A stretch of DNA of 64,000 nt from Eledone cirrhosa. Taxonomy: Eukaryota. The stretch's first letter is position 1, and each line of letters starts with the position of its first letter. Below the pieces are notes generated by a model. It saw only the letters and a list, made by a program, of their open reading frames with translations. It was not told where the DNA came from and made no database searches. This document shows positions 12,700 to 25,560 of this stretch, one piece after another. The stretch is from NCBI GenBank assembly GCA_964016885.1, contig OZ024740.1, forward strand, positions 186,434,001-186,498,000, written 5' to 3'. The position numbers were made by a program, and so were the translations under genes.

Positions 12700-14045
12700 A
12701 AAGTTTAATCTGTGATAATAATGTATGTTTATGTATATATTATAGGATTATTTTATCAGATAAGGTGTTAAAAATCCAGATAGCAGTCCATAACCAGTGG
12801 TCTTAGGTATCACAACATTTGTTTCCATCGACTTTCCTGATGATTCAATCTATTCGCCAAAATTAAGTTTCCTGGAGTAATGCTATAGAGCACTCAATTT
12901 CCATTTCCTTTATCCAATGATCAAATTTATGAATCTTTGAGTCTGGAAAAAAGGAGGATATGCTTGGTTAAAGCTAATGTTCTAGCTAAGGATCAAAGAC
13001 CATTATTTTGAAGACACTGTGAGATGCATGGATGGTCTCACTTGGAGATTATTGAAACTGCAGTGTTATTTGTATAACAAATATATAATATAAATACCAC
13101 ATACATAATATAAAGAAATTATTATTATATATATAAAGTATAGTTTTGATCTTTTAGTTAAAATACTTAGTTCACTGAATTTGAATAATCTTTAGAATTG
13201 TTGGTTTTAGAAACCCAACAAATATTTTTTTCTGTCTTTTTTTTTTTTTTTTTACTAGAAATGAAAATGTTAATATAAATTTAAATTGCATGAATGATTG
13301 TATAATTTTAATTTATTTTATCCAATCATATATTTATTTAACTTTAATTATTTATTCACTGATTGTTCAGTTGAAATTTACTACATATATGGATCCCTCA
13401 TTCAAGCTGAAGATTTTAAGACTTAATCTAAGACACATCATTGGTGGTGCATTGATGAATTTGTAGAAATGATACCCTGCCAGACAAATGTTTATTTCCT
13501 CTCTATTTTTGACATTTTCCCTGCCAGAATTTCAACTCTCTGGAATTTGATTGGTGAAATAAGAAGAAAGAATATTCTGGAATAGAATAAATTTAACTAT
13601 TCTCCAGCTTGAATAATATAAATTGAACTTGTCTCAAATTTGTCAGCTTCTAACATTAAACGAAATGGATAGCAACTATGTCAGATCAGGCTTCTGCCTA
13701 CTATCAGTATCATGTAACCCAGTACATGCTTTATGGTTGAGTGTTCAGTGAATAAAATGGCTCCCCCACCAGAGCCCAGTGCACACAAACAATAACTGTT
13801 AAAAGGGCAGATGTACCCTTCAGAGTCAATGGCCATCTACCCTAACTATGGGTTAAACAGCCTTACTAACTCATAATTGGCCAAGCATAGTGAGTACGAC
13901 TATGCCACTGGCATGACCCAAACCAAACAGAAAACAGTGGAAGTCAACCAGAGAGGGGTTCCTCCAAAAGACTCTACTTGTTGGACATGTTTCAAGTTCT
14001 ATTCCCAGTAAAATCCAGGAATATGTGTGTTTGTGTGTGTATCTA

Positions 14046-14228
14046 TATGCTACCTGAAGATGGTAGGAGACAGCTAGTCAAGATATTGTGTCTACAGTGT
14101 GTATCACTAAGGCACTCTGAAGATGGCAGGAGGCAGCCAATCAAAATATTGTACCAGCAATGTGTGTGTGTATCACTATGTTACCTGAAGATGCTAGGAA
14201 ACAGTTAGTTAAAAGAGTGTCAACATCC
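14046..14228 (+). repeat. Three tandem ~65-bp units, each with a decayed hammerhead-like core
   Basis: ctgaagatg at 14054, 14117 and 14185, each followed by a stem-II-like segment, a caaga/caaaa/taaaa remnant of cGAAA, and gtc/gta. Confidence 0.65.
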
Positions 14229-14361
14229 ATGATGAAAATCCAGTATGAGATACATAGTTGTATAACAAACAGTATATAAATATATGTAAATCCCATGCCC
14301 AAGTTTGAGGTCTATTTCCTCAGTAGAAAGTCAATGTAATAATCATATTATATACTATAAA

Positions 14362-14498
14362 ATAATTGTTTCTACTTTAGGCACAAGGCCAGCAATTACC
14401 CAGTGTATTACTGGTACTTTATTTTATCGACCCCGTAAGGATGAAAGGCAAAGTAAATCTCGGCGGGATTTGAACTCACCTCGGCGGGATTTGAACTC
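14362..14498 (-). mobile_element. 5'-truncated SINE (family A) with internal duplication and TSD
   Basis: ctcggcgggatttgaactca is duplicated; flanked by atata(c/g)tataaaataat direct repeats. Confidence 0.8.
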
Positions 14499-14668
14499 AT
14501 ATATACTCATATATAGTATAAAATAATATTAACTTGATGTATCAATGTTTTTAATAGCAACTTAAGTGAGACAGCTTCTAATAAAATGCTTATACTTGAA
14601 TTAAAACAATCTCATTATAAAATGTATACTAACCTAAGATTCTAGTTAATAAACATCAGCTTAATATA

Positions 14669-15195
14669 TCTATATATATAAAGCTGTGGTTGTCTGTCTG
14701 TCTATCGATTTTTGGCACACATCTCCTCTTAGAATCTCTGACGGAATTGCACCGAAATTGCTATACTTGTACATTGAGCCCTAGCGAAGACATCGGAAAA
14801 AAAATATTTCAAATTGACCCATCCTATGTGACGAAATCGAATCTAATGTATCGATTTTTGAGCGTAAGTGACGAGTTATTTCCCTTTGTTCTGTTTACAT
14901 TGAGCGTCTTACGTTGTTTTTCTCTGCGTTGCAGTGTTTACATTTTCGATCTTTGTTAATAAATAACCAGTGCAGTTTTTATCCCCAGCATCCTCTTTTG
15001 TTATAACATTCGGGTTATCGTTATGTTTTCTTAACTTCATAAGGCATATTGTTGGTTGAGGGAATATTAATCAAAAACACCACATGCAAGTCTGCACAGT
15101 AGACACTACAGTTTTTAAGCCAAAAAAGAAACTTAACATTGTAACTTTAACACAGCTACTGAGCGACCCCGAGCAACGCCGGGCTTTACTGCTAG
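14669..15195 (+). mobile_element. Non-autonomous Helitron
   Basis: Starts a|TCtatatatataaag with a (tgtc)n tract; ends with the GC hairpin cccgagcaacgccggg about 10 nt before CTAG|t. Inserted between A and T with no TSD. Confidence 0.85.
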
Positions 15196-15258
15196 TTAAT
15201 ATATAAAGTTACAGATATTTTACTATACCAAAATCTTGAATGTATTAAAAGTTAATTA

Positions 15259-15300
<42 letters not shown>

Positions 15301-15304
<4 letters not shown>

Positions 15305-15962
15305 GTGGTTGCACAACAGTTAGTTCACCATAACGAGAACAATTGTTTCACCTTAGCGGATCCTCAGCTCGTAATGGACATGGTTATATGGAACAGGAAG
15401 AACAACCATACAAATGCACATGCGCAGAAACGATCGCTTTACACAGGCAATACTAAATTACGTGTGAGAGGTGTAAGGGAAATAACTGCGAAAGCCCGAA
15501 ATTTTCCAGTTGATAAGAAAATTAGGATGGTGTTGTAATTCAATCCGGAGCTTTGTAATTATGTAAGAGGTGTTTCCAGACGTGTGGACAAGCTGTGAAG
15601 AATTCATTTCTCGAGTTTAGGCAATCATTATTGCATAATCTCTTTAGAATATTTATTCGTTTATCAATACATAGTCCACACGACGGACTGCCCCTTGGAC
15701 TTAGTGATGGCTTTCCATAACTACAAAGCTTCGGATTGAATTACAACAACATCCTAATTTTCTTATCAACTAGAAACCTTTTGGACTTTCGCAGTTATCT
15801 CCCTTACACCTCTCGCACGTAATTTAGTATTGCCTGTGTGAAGTGATCGTTTCTGTGCATGTGCGTTCGTACGGTTGTCCTTCCTGTTCCGTATAACCAT
15901 GTCCATTACGAGCTGAGGATCCGCTAAGGTGAAACAATTGTTCTTGTTATGTAACCACTTCT
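15301..15962. mobile_element. Large fold-back element (arms about 250 bp), one minimal hammerhead ribozyme per arm; Penelope-like inverted pseudo-LTR
   Basis: Arms about 15301-15568 and 15712-15962 are reverse complements with scattered transitions. Sits directly after a (TA)n tract. Confidence 0.88.
15908..15947 (+). ncRNA. Minimal type I hammerhead ribozyme (mirror copy at 15333-15372 on minus)
   Basis: acgag-CTGAGGA-tccgctaaggt-GAAAC-aatt-GTT-cttgt. Stem I is acgag/ctcgt in the minus copy; stem III is the palindrome aacaattgtt. Confidence 0.7.
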
Positions 15963-16085
15963 GCCTAACTCATCCCATGGACTGAGTGCTCTACCACTAC
16001 TGATATTACCTTCCAATGTTCTACCACTATATATATATACGCATATATATATAATATATATATACATATATACACATACACACAC

Positions 16086-16120
<35 letters not shown>

Positions 16121-17099
16121 CAGATCATTCTTAGAAATATAATCATGAAAACATTATTAAGCTATAAAATAAATTAACATATATTAACTTCATTGATATA
16201 AATTAATGTATTTCATGATTTACTACCACAAATGAAAGATTTCTAAATTATTATCTAGCTGACAATAAAGTATAAAAGAGTTGTAAGGCCAATGCATAAG
16301 AATTTTTGGCTTCAACTCTATAGTTTCTGTGTTCAACTCCAGTCAAAGTCAATTTCCTTTTCTTGTTTCCTTTCTATTTCTGTGGCAACAATAAAATAAA
16401 TAACAGTAATAAAAATGATGTAGTTTAATCGGTTGTGAATAGTAAACTTTCTATCTGACTAAATATATCAATAAACTGCAAATAAAAACAACAAGCAACA
16501 CAGAGCAGAGGAAAGCTTCTCATTTCCCTTCTCTTCACTCTTATTTAAATTTCAGATATTATGCTTCAATAAAATATCTGGCACCTTTCCTTAGAGAAAA
16601 TATGGAAGCTTTTCAGCAAGTCAATCAATGGAGTAGTTTAGATGTTTACTAGTATTTGTGTCATTAATTATGGTACTTTATTTTATTAACTTTGGATGGA
16701 TGAATGGCAAAGTCTGCAAGATTTGAACTTAGAACATGGAATGTCGAAATAGATGATGCAAGACATTTGTTTGATACTATAATGATACTGTTAATTAATA
16801 GACCCACCAATACCAGCCATGAATGCATGCATATCATTCAATTTCATTTATATTTTAGCTGCTCCCAACCCTTTTCAATCCATAAATACAAAACTAATCT
16901 CAAGTTTCATGTATATGTAAGGAGTTCAAAAAATTAATTAAAAGAGAAAGTAAATATATAAATGAAACAAAAACAATTGATATGTTCGTGAAGAAAATCA
17001 GTTTTGAAAACATGATACATCCTGCGAAATGCATTTAGAGGTCTTCTTTCTTCAGTTACTTAATTGTGATTCCTCTCTCACACACTAACACATGTGGGC

Positions 17100-17650
17100 A
17101 CACATACATATATGAATGCATACATGCATCCTTAAATACATGCATACATAAATACAAACATTCATCTATGCAGGCATGCATGCATACATACATACATGCA
17201 TACATACATACATGCATACAGGTATGCATTCATAGATACATGTGTATATGCAGGCATGCATTCATACATACATAAATAGATACATACTTACACTCAGGCA
17301 TACATACATATATACATAAATAGATACATACATACATGCAGGCATACATACATATATACATACATACATAGATACATACATACATGCATATGCACAAACA
17401 TATATGCAGGCATACATATATAAATGAATGCATGGTGGTACATATAAACACAAACATATGTGTGTATATATGCAGGCATGCATTCATACATACATAAATA
17501 GATGCATACATACATGCAGGCATAAATACACATATACATAATACATACATACACATATACATACATACATACGCACAAACATATATGCAGGCATATATAT
17601 ATAAATGAATGCATGGTGGTACATATAAACACAAACATATGTGTGTATAC
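17100..17650. repeat. (CATA)n-derived minisatellite with an ~181-bp tandem duplication
   Basis: Block cacaaacatatatgcaggcat...gcatggtggtacatataaacacaaacatatgtgtgtata occurs at about 17393 and 17574. Confidence 0.85.
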
Positions 17651-18275
17651 TCGATATTTTCTCAAAGACTTACTTGTTAAACATTGCTGAAACATGATTA
17701 TAAATTTCTCCATTGGTATCAAGTTAAACAGCTTAAATTGTTTGTATTGCCTTTGCTGAATAACAGGAGATTAATGTTTAGACGAATACAGAAAAAAAAA
17801 ATGAAGTAAAATGAAATAAAAGAAAAATAGAAAAGAAAAAAACAAACAAAACAATATATTAATAAATCCAAGAAGTCAGGAAAACAAAAACAAAAAACAA
17901 CAAAAGAATCCATAATTTACACTTAGCCTGAAGCAGATTCTAATTGGTGTTCTTCACGTGACTAACCTGAGGTTGTAGTGGCAGTTAATATAATTTATTT
18001 ATTAAATCATCATCACATCATTATCAATGTCATCAGCATTATCACCATTCTCCTCTTCACCATCATTATCATCTTCATTATTTTTCTTTAATTTTTTTTT
18101 TATAAAAGCTGTAGTTAAAGTTTTCACTCAGATTCATAGAATTTTGTAAATGGCTGTTCAACTATGGATAAAACTTAAATTTGAAGAATTGAAACTATGT
18201 ATGCATGTACACACACACACACACATATATATACATACATACATATACACATATTCATATATATATATATATACA

Positions 18276-18990
18276 TATGGCTTAGTGGTTAGAGCATTGG
18301 CCTTGCAATCGAAAGGTTGTGAGTTCAATTCTCGGACTGGGTGATGTGTTGTTTCCTTGAGCAAGACACTTTATTTCACATTGCTGCAGTTTACTCAGCT
18401 GTAGAAATGAGACGATAGGGACCCCAATGCTGTGTGCAGAAGAGGCGGTTGCATTGGTATGGACATGTGATGCGTATGAAGGATGATAGCTGCATAAAAA
18501 AGTGCAGAGCACTAGAAGTCGATGGAAACCGTGGAGTGGGGAGACCCAAGAAGACCTGGGATGAGGTGATAAAAGCCGACCTTACCCAATTACACCTCTC
18601 AAAGGCGATGACACGACTGTGACATCTGGCTTTACGCAGTAATTCAGAAGACCCAACGCCCCATGGGTACAAGCTGAAGCCGAAGCCGAAGCATATAGAC
18701 AATATGCCTCCACACCCTCCCACTGCAAAGTGGTTGTGGACGTGCCACGGTAAAAAAGCACCCAACCCACACTGTAAAGTGGATGTGTAGGTGCCATGGA
18801 AAAAAATCACCCAGCACTCACTGTAAATGAGGTTGGTGTTAGGAAGGGCATCCAGCTGTAGAAATCAAGCCAGAATCAGTTCCCGTATGAGCAAGGCATT
18901 GTCAGCCGACTGGCTACTTCCCACAACAGGACAATCCGTCTAACCCATGCTAACCTGGAAGAATGGACATAAAACAGTGATGATGATGAT
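18276..18990 (+). mobile_element. tRNA-SINE head (family B) fused to an RTE LINE 3' end
   Basis: A-box tggcttagtgg, B-box gagttcaattc and core ccttgagcaagacactt run to about 18420. Then RTE C-terminus QKRRLHWYGHVMRM...GRPKKTWDEVI, a 3' UTR and a (GAT)n tail. Confidence 0.85.
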
Positions 18991-19039
18991 ATATATATAT
19001 ATGTATATACATGTACGTATATATAAACATATATGTAGT

Positions 19040-20095
19040 GTGGTATTACTTCCTCATTGCATTTTCATTTCACTGGTGGTGATGGAACATTTGGGGCAGT
19101 AATCTTGTATCAAGTTTTGCTAAAATCTTATAGATACCCATGCAGGAATGATTCACATAATTCAACAGACTTTTGATGACAAAACCATAGGTGTTGTTAC
19201 TCAAACAAAAAATGGGTAAACAAGTTCAAATATAGCCACATATTGGTGGATAGTGACCAGAATTTCAGGAAGCGCTCAACAAGCTGCAATGCAGTTATTA
19301 TTGAGAATATACAGATCTTAAAAATGGAGGATCATTATTTGATGGTGAAGGTAGTGTGGTTGGGATGAGTAAAGATTCTGCATATGCAATTTTAAAAGAG
19401 TAAAATTTGTGCATAAGTTACTTTCTCAGTGGCCACAAAGATTTCATCTTGATGTTGTGCAAGACCTGCTGAATACTCTCAACAAGGATCCTGAGTTTCT
19501 GAATACCATGATAACTAAATATAAGACGTGGGTTTATAGGCTCAACCTGGCAACCAAGTCTCAGACATCACAGAGGTAGCCTTCAAAATGACTAAGGCCC
19601 AAATCCACGTCAAGTGGGAGATAAAGTCTAGGGGATTCTGACTGTCTTCTTTAACTACTGTACCCTTGTGCATCATGAATATACAGTTACAAAGATTATT
19701 ATTAGGAAATCTTCCAAAGTCCTGATGATGTAGTTTGGCACAAATGACCAGATCTCTGGAACTTGCAAAACTGATATCTGCATCATGATAACAACCTGAT
19801 TTCCAGACAAAGAAAGGCATTTCACTAATTCGTCAGCTCCCTATTTTCCAGACATTGTTCTTTCTAACTTCTTGTTATTTCCTAAAATGAAGATGGCAAT
19901 AAAAGGCTCTTGATTTAAAAACTGAGAGGACATCATGTAGACTGCAATGGCAGAGCTCAGATCCATTCTCAACATGCTTTAAACAATGAAAGAATATCAG
20001 GGATGTGTGGTAGCACAAGGGGCCTACTTCGAAGGGTGTTAGCAATCAAGTACGTATATTTTTTACCAGCCTAATTTTGGAGAAATGTTAACAGA
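19040..20095 (+). mobile_element. Degenerate mariner transposase relic
   Basis: ITKYKTWVY (about 19510, for ITGDETWVY), HHDN (about 19782), PYFPDIVLSNFLLFPKMK (about 19840, for PYSPDLAPxDFxLFPKxK); many stops. Confidence 0.8.
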
Positions 20096-20218
20096 CTATA
20101 TATATACATATATATGTATAGAGAGAAATAGGATTTCGCTTCAAGCATAGCTTTATAGAAATATGTATAGAAATTTCGTATTTCTAAAGAAACATGGTTT
20201 TAGGAGGCTGTAGCTATG

Positions 20219-20570
<352 letters not shown>

Positions 20571-20572
20571 TG

Positions 20573-20845
20573 ACTAGAAGTCAATGGAAACCGCGGAGTG
20601 GGGAGACCTAAGAAGACCTGCGATGAGGGGATAAAAGCCGACCTTACCCAATTACACCTCTCAAAGGTGATGACACACGACCGTGACCTCTGGCGTCACA
20701 CAGTAATACAGAGTACCCGACCTCCCATGGGTACAAGCTGAAGCATATAGACAATATGCCCCCACACCCTCCCACTGCAAGGACAACCCGTCTAACCCAT
20801 GCTAGCATGGAAGAACAGATGTAAAACGGTGATGATGATGATGAT
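20573..20845 (+). mobile_element. RTE LINE 3' end, same family as 18510-18990
   Basis: Near-identical sequence actagaagtc...ggagacc...gccgaccttacccaattacacctctcaaagg; (GAT)n tail. Confidence 0.85.
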
Positions 20846-21287
20846 GCAGAAAGGGAATTTGCTTCGAAATCACTAGACGTATTTTTGGAACTTGCGAATC
20901 CAGAGTCAGGTTCAATCCACAAACAGATCGCACCTCAAGCTGTTCGCCGGAGAAACAATTGTAATATGTAATAAATTGTGTCCCGATGCATCACTGATTC
21001 TTCATTTTCCATATTATCATACTCTGCTCTGAATGAGCATAGAGTGCTCAACCAACATACCACCTATGGACACATCCTAGCAACCATACTACATATATAT
21101 AGTGAAAAAAGTGTGGATGTTAATCAGCATGCAGGAGTTTTAATAGAAACAATTTACGCTAATAACAAATGTGTTGATAATCCAACATGGGGAATACAAG
21201 CCTTTGCTAAACAGCAATTTTTGTACATATTATCAAGATATTTTATACATATATATGCCAAATGCACTTTTCAAACCCTTTTTTTCT

Positions 21288-21321
<34 letters not shown>

Positions 21322-21719
21322 AGTAGGATTTGGGAGAGATTTAGCTGCTATTTCTTGCAGGTAAAATTACTGCATAGCATATAGAATCTCTCATCGATTC
21401 ATAGCTAGTTAAGAACATCTCATCATGAAACTACCATGAGATAGAACCATTTGCAATGAACTCCAGCCACTACATACTACTAAATATGTTAAACATACCA
21501 GTGCAAGACAGATACATGGATACTATAGATTTTGAGGATCAATACATGTGAAAGGCTTCTGTCCATCTGTTGAAATTATGCCAGCATGTGAAAAGCAGAT
21601 GTAAAACTGATGATGATACTGATATTAGTGATAATGATGTTCATGATAATGATGATAGTGATGGTGATTATAATAACAACAATGACAATAAATATAAAAC
21701 TTATAAAATTATCCCTTGC

Positions 21720-22540
21720 CAGTCATTATTAAGAAAATCCATAACTAGGTGGATGATTACTGTCTCAAATAAAATTCAGAAAAAATATTTAAAATAATAG
21801 TTCATGCCACGAAAATGAGTGAATGTGATAAACTTTTTTATTAAAAACCATCTATTATCTTGATGACACTAAAATCCCTTTTTCTCGTGAGGCCAAAAGT
21901 CTTGATATTATATTAGATAGGATTGGCCTTTAACCAAAACATCGATCAGCAGATCAATGATGCATACGTCATCCACAGAAATATTTTTTATAACTCCCCC
22001 ACCTCCAAATTCATTAATCTTATTCAAATCAGAATTTGTTTTAACTCTCTTGTGATTTCCACATACACTTCATGTTTGCAATGTCTTTTAAACTGAATCT
22101 GGCCATGTAATAACAAAGTTTGCTTCACTATCATGTGGAGTCAATCTGGGTTTTATTAACTGACACAACACATTTGAGCAAGCATCTTTTACCATAGGCT
22201 CAGATTTTTCTTTCTAATTTTATCCTATGGCAGAGGCCCTTTGGGGGCATAACTTCAAATCTATCAAACCTTCTGATAAAAATAGAGTTGAGAGAAACAG
22301 TGTAGAAAAATCACTGAATGAAGAATCCCTGTTCTTATGTGATAGACTACATCTATCGCTTGCTTAACAAAAGTTAACCCTTGGATAAATTTAACAGAGT
22401 CTTTTTGGTTGCAAACGTTTAGATTGAGTCTTAAGTTAGAATACAACTCCACAACTTGATGTACTTTAGTACTCAATGTTGCAGTTTCTTCCTATTAATC
22501 TTAGATTCTTGCAAAACTCTTGATTTTTTTACAAATTCCT
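21720..22540 (+). mobile_element. Old CR1-group LINE 3' fragment
   Basis: Translates YYLDDTKIPFSREAKSLDIILD...NQNIDQQINDAYVIHRNIF...SFYHRLR, the CR1 post-RT region, with stops and frameshifts. Confidence 0.6.
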
Positions 22541-23880
22541 GCAAAATGTTAGAGTATAATTGTTATAATTTAAGTACTTTAGAGGTGTAGAATTCTGGGG
22601 AAATATGGAAAGGTTCTGTTTTTGTTTTTAGTCTTATATTACTCCTTCAAGTTAATTTAGCACAATCATTTTCATTTTTCTTAAGATTGCTTCAGAGACA
22701 TTTCTTTTAGGGGCCTTCTATTGTTTGTTTTTATAATTTTATAAAATCTCTATTTTAATCTACTACAATAACTAAATTTTTGCAAAAATAATTCATATGA
22801 AGTTAACTGTCAATAAACTAGAAGCTACAAAAGAAGAAAGAACTATATTCCATTAACCATTTTGTTAATAATCCAAGGAAGACAAATTAGAAATGAATAT
22901 TAGAAAACGAATAGAATAAAGTCCCTTAGGACACTGTTATTTCAGATATTTTTTTTTAAGTGACAGTGTATAATTTATGTATGTGTATTTAACCCATCAG
23001 AGTGTAGAAATACTTAATGTTTTCATTTTCTGCAATGAAAGTATCATAACAGCATTGGAAGGAAGAAATTTGAAAATAGCATTTTTCTGAACATCTATAG
23101 AATAGGTAATTCATCCTAGTCTGGCAATATCCCAAAACAATAATTGCCCTGCTCCCTTGGCCAAAATTAGTCAAAAGAGTTCTTGAAGCCCAAGAAATTG
23201 TAAAATTGTTTGGGTTTGTAGATTATCAAGACTTGAATTGCATTGTACATTTATAGAAGATCTTTAAGTAAATGCTACATTCAAGAATATTTATAGCAAG
23301 GAATCTTTACTACTAGCAACATGGAAAGAATAGAAGAAATTCAAGCCATTATTATTGAAGAAAGTTTTCCTGACAATATGATTCAAAGGATTATATATTT
23401 CCAATATAATAATGCCAGAAGCATTGATTTGATGATTAAATTTTGCTTATGGATAAACTAATCTTCAATTATTTTTAAAATCAGAATATAACAAATGATT
23501 TCATTTTAACAAAAATGAAAATTGTATGAAACAAATCAAGAATTTTTCAAACATTCCAATTTATTTTTGTGGGCAGGGGGATTAGATTACACATGTCTCT
23601 GTGTGTGAAACAATATTTATGATCGATGCATATTATATGTATATTTGGTATAAATATATACATATTTATGTGATGTATATATATATATATATAGTACAAA
23701 TATATGTTGCTTATCCATTTGCTTTGTATATGTATATATATATGGGAGAGTGGGACAAGTGGCACACTGTTGGAAGCACTCAATGCTGCTACAAGATCCA
23801 TCTAGTGGTGGGTTTTATTCTAGAGTTAAGGCAGCTGTAGTATGCAGAGTGTATATAGAGTAAGTAGAATTGAGTTCAGT

Positions 23881-24169
23881 GTTGCAGTATATGTATAAAC
23901 TTTAATGGCATATTACAATTATTTCGATATCGATCACAGCTCTGGGTACAATGAAAGTGACAGGGCCTGACTGTTCTTCGACATCTCTTCAGATATATGA
24001 GTGTATATGTGCAAAGACACATCTAAACTGATGACTTTACACATATAAACTTGCATATCTGATGAGATGTCAAAGAAGAGTTGGGCCCCCTCACTTTGAT
24101 TGTATACTGAGCTGATCGATAGTGAAACATTTGTAATATGCTATTAAAGTTTATGCATATGCTGTAACG
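23881..24169. mobile_element. Fold-back element (arms about 130 bp) with a hammerhead ribozyme in each arm
   Basis: Arms about 23881-24012 and 24037-24169 are diverged reverse complements. Confidence 0.88.
23909..23997 (-). ncRNA. Type I hammerhead ribozyme with a long stem-II loop (mirror copy at 24053-24141 on plus)
   Basis: Minus: atat-CTGAAGA-gatgtcga-[loop about 45 nt]-tcgatatc-GAAAT-aatt-GTA-atat, giving an 8-bp stem II. Plus copy: gcatat-CTGATGA...GAAAC-attt-GTA-atatgc, giving a 6-bp stem I. Confidence 0.78.
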
Positions 24170-24394
24170 GCAACATGAATGGACCTGTTATTTTTCTCTA
24201 AAAATATTTTTTTTTATTCCACCCTGCCCATCCTTTCAATCTATTTAATTTCTCATTCTTTTTTCTGATGAAGGACTTGCATCTGAAAAGTTAAAACCCT
24301 CTTCCTGCTATTTCAAGCTTTAACCTAATATATTCCTCCCATGTACTGTACCGATTTTGTGGTTATTTCTGTTTACCTTTTACATATATATATG

Positions 24395-24775
24395 CAGTAA
24401 TACAGAAGACCCGCCTTGCCTAAGTACAAAGCGAAACCTACAGTCAGTAGGCACTTCACAACCAAAAATGCACCCCATCCCACTACCCCACTGTAAAGTT
24501 ATGTTGGTACCACAACATGCAGTCCTAAATAAATGAGGTCATGTAGATGTCACGACAAAAAAACACACAGTCCATGCTGTAATGTGGCTGTGTAGGTAAC
24601 ACGGTAAAAACCTCCCAGTCCACATTGTAAACGTGGTTGCTGTTAAGAAGGGCATCCAGCCGTAGAAAACCTGCCAGACAGTCCTATACGAGCAAGACAA
24701 CCAATCTTGCCTCAAGTGGGACAATTCCCATCTAAACCCATGCTAGCGTGGAAGATAGACGTTAAATGATGATGA

Positions 24776-24778
<3 letters not shown>
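24395..24778 (+). mobile_element. RTE LINE 3' UTR
   Basis: aagggcatccagccgtagaaaacctgcc...aaacccatgctagcgtggaagatagacgttaaa(tga)n; same family as the minus copy at 52012-52650. Confidence 0.8.
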
Positions 24779-24817
<39 letters not shown>

Positions 24818-24823
<6 letters not shown>

Positions 24824-24977
24824 GAAGGAATTGTGGTAAGGAACCAGATGGACCATAACGCTCCAAAGTACTCAATACTTAGGGTTGTAGAGTGGGTAAT
24901 AGGAACAAGTATGACCCCGACGGCAGAGCTCAAGCCGTTTCGACGGCTTGAGCTCTGCCGTAGGGGTCATACTTGTT

Positions 24978-25019
<42 letters not shown>

Positions 25020-25260
25020 TGTGGTTTTTATCCCTCTATATTTGTATATATATACATATAGGAATGAGTAGGACCCCGACAGCTGAGCCCAAGCTGTTTC
25101 GATGGCTAATTCTGGACAGTCCAGAATTAGCCGTCAAAACGGCTTGAGCTCAGCCGTTGGGGTCCTACTCGTTCCTATTACCCACTCTAGTACCCTAAGT
25201 ATTGAGTACTTTGGTGCGTTATGGTCCACCTGGTTCACTACCACATTTCCTTTGTTATAT
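24818..25260. repeat. Nested palindromic element: outer inverted arms plus two internal hairpins
   Basis: Outer arms about 24818-24947 and 25131-25260; near-perfect inner hairpins about 24899-24982 and 25058-25178; a (TA)n tract in the middle. Confidence 0.9.
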
Positions 25261-25560
25261 ATACATATATATATATACAAATATAGACTGATAAAAACCA
25301 CAGAGAATGCAGTACAATGAAAATATGTATTAGTTTAACACGTAATATAGTAGGAGGAGAGTCTTAAAGTTTCAGAGTCTTAATGTTTATCAAAAGATAA
25401 ATGCGATATAAAAGAAGAAATGGAAAAAAGTATTGGGTGCAAGAAAGCATGTGTGTATTTAGTTTGCCATATATATATATGTAAGATGATGATGAATGTT
25501 TATAAATCAGCATCATCATTTAACGTCCCCTTTCCATGCTAGCATGATATATATATAATG

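Noticed and set aside
14046-14228. CRISPR-like repeat-spacer appearance (also 20219-20490 and 44382-44680)
   Set aside because: Eukaryotic context, degenerate repeats, spacers not unique and no cas genes.
18276-18345. tRNA gene (also 29205, 38757, 50395)
   Set aside because: A/B boxes are present but there is no proper cloverleaf, and each continues into SINE body sequence.
23120-23460. MERIEEIQAIIIEESFPDNMIQRII as a Penelope C-terminal domain
   Set aside because: Plausible but too degenerate to call without an alignment.
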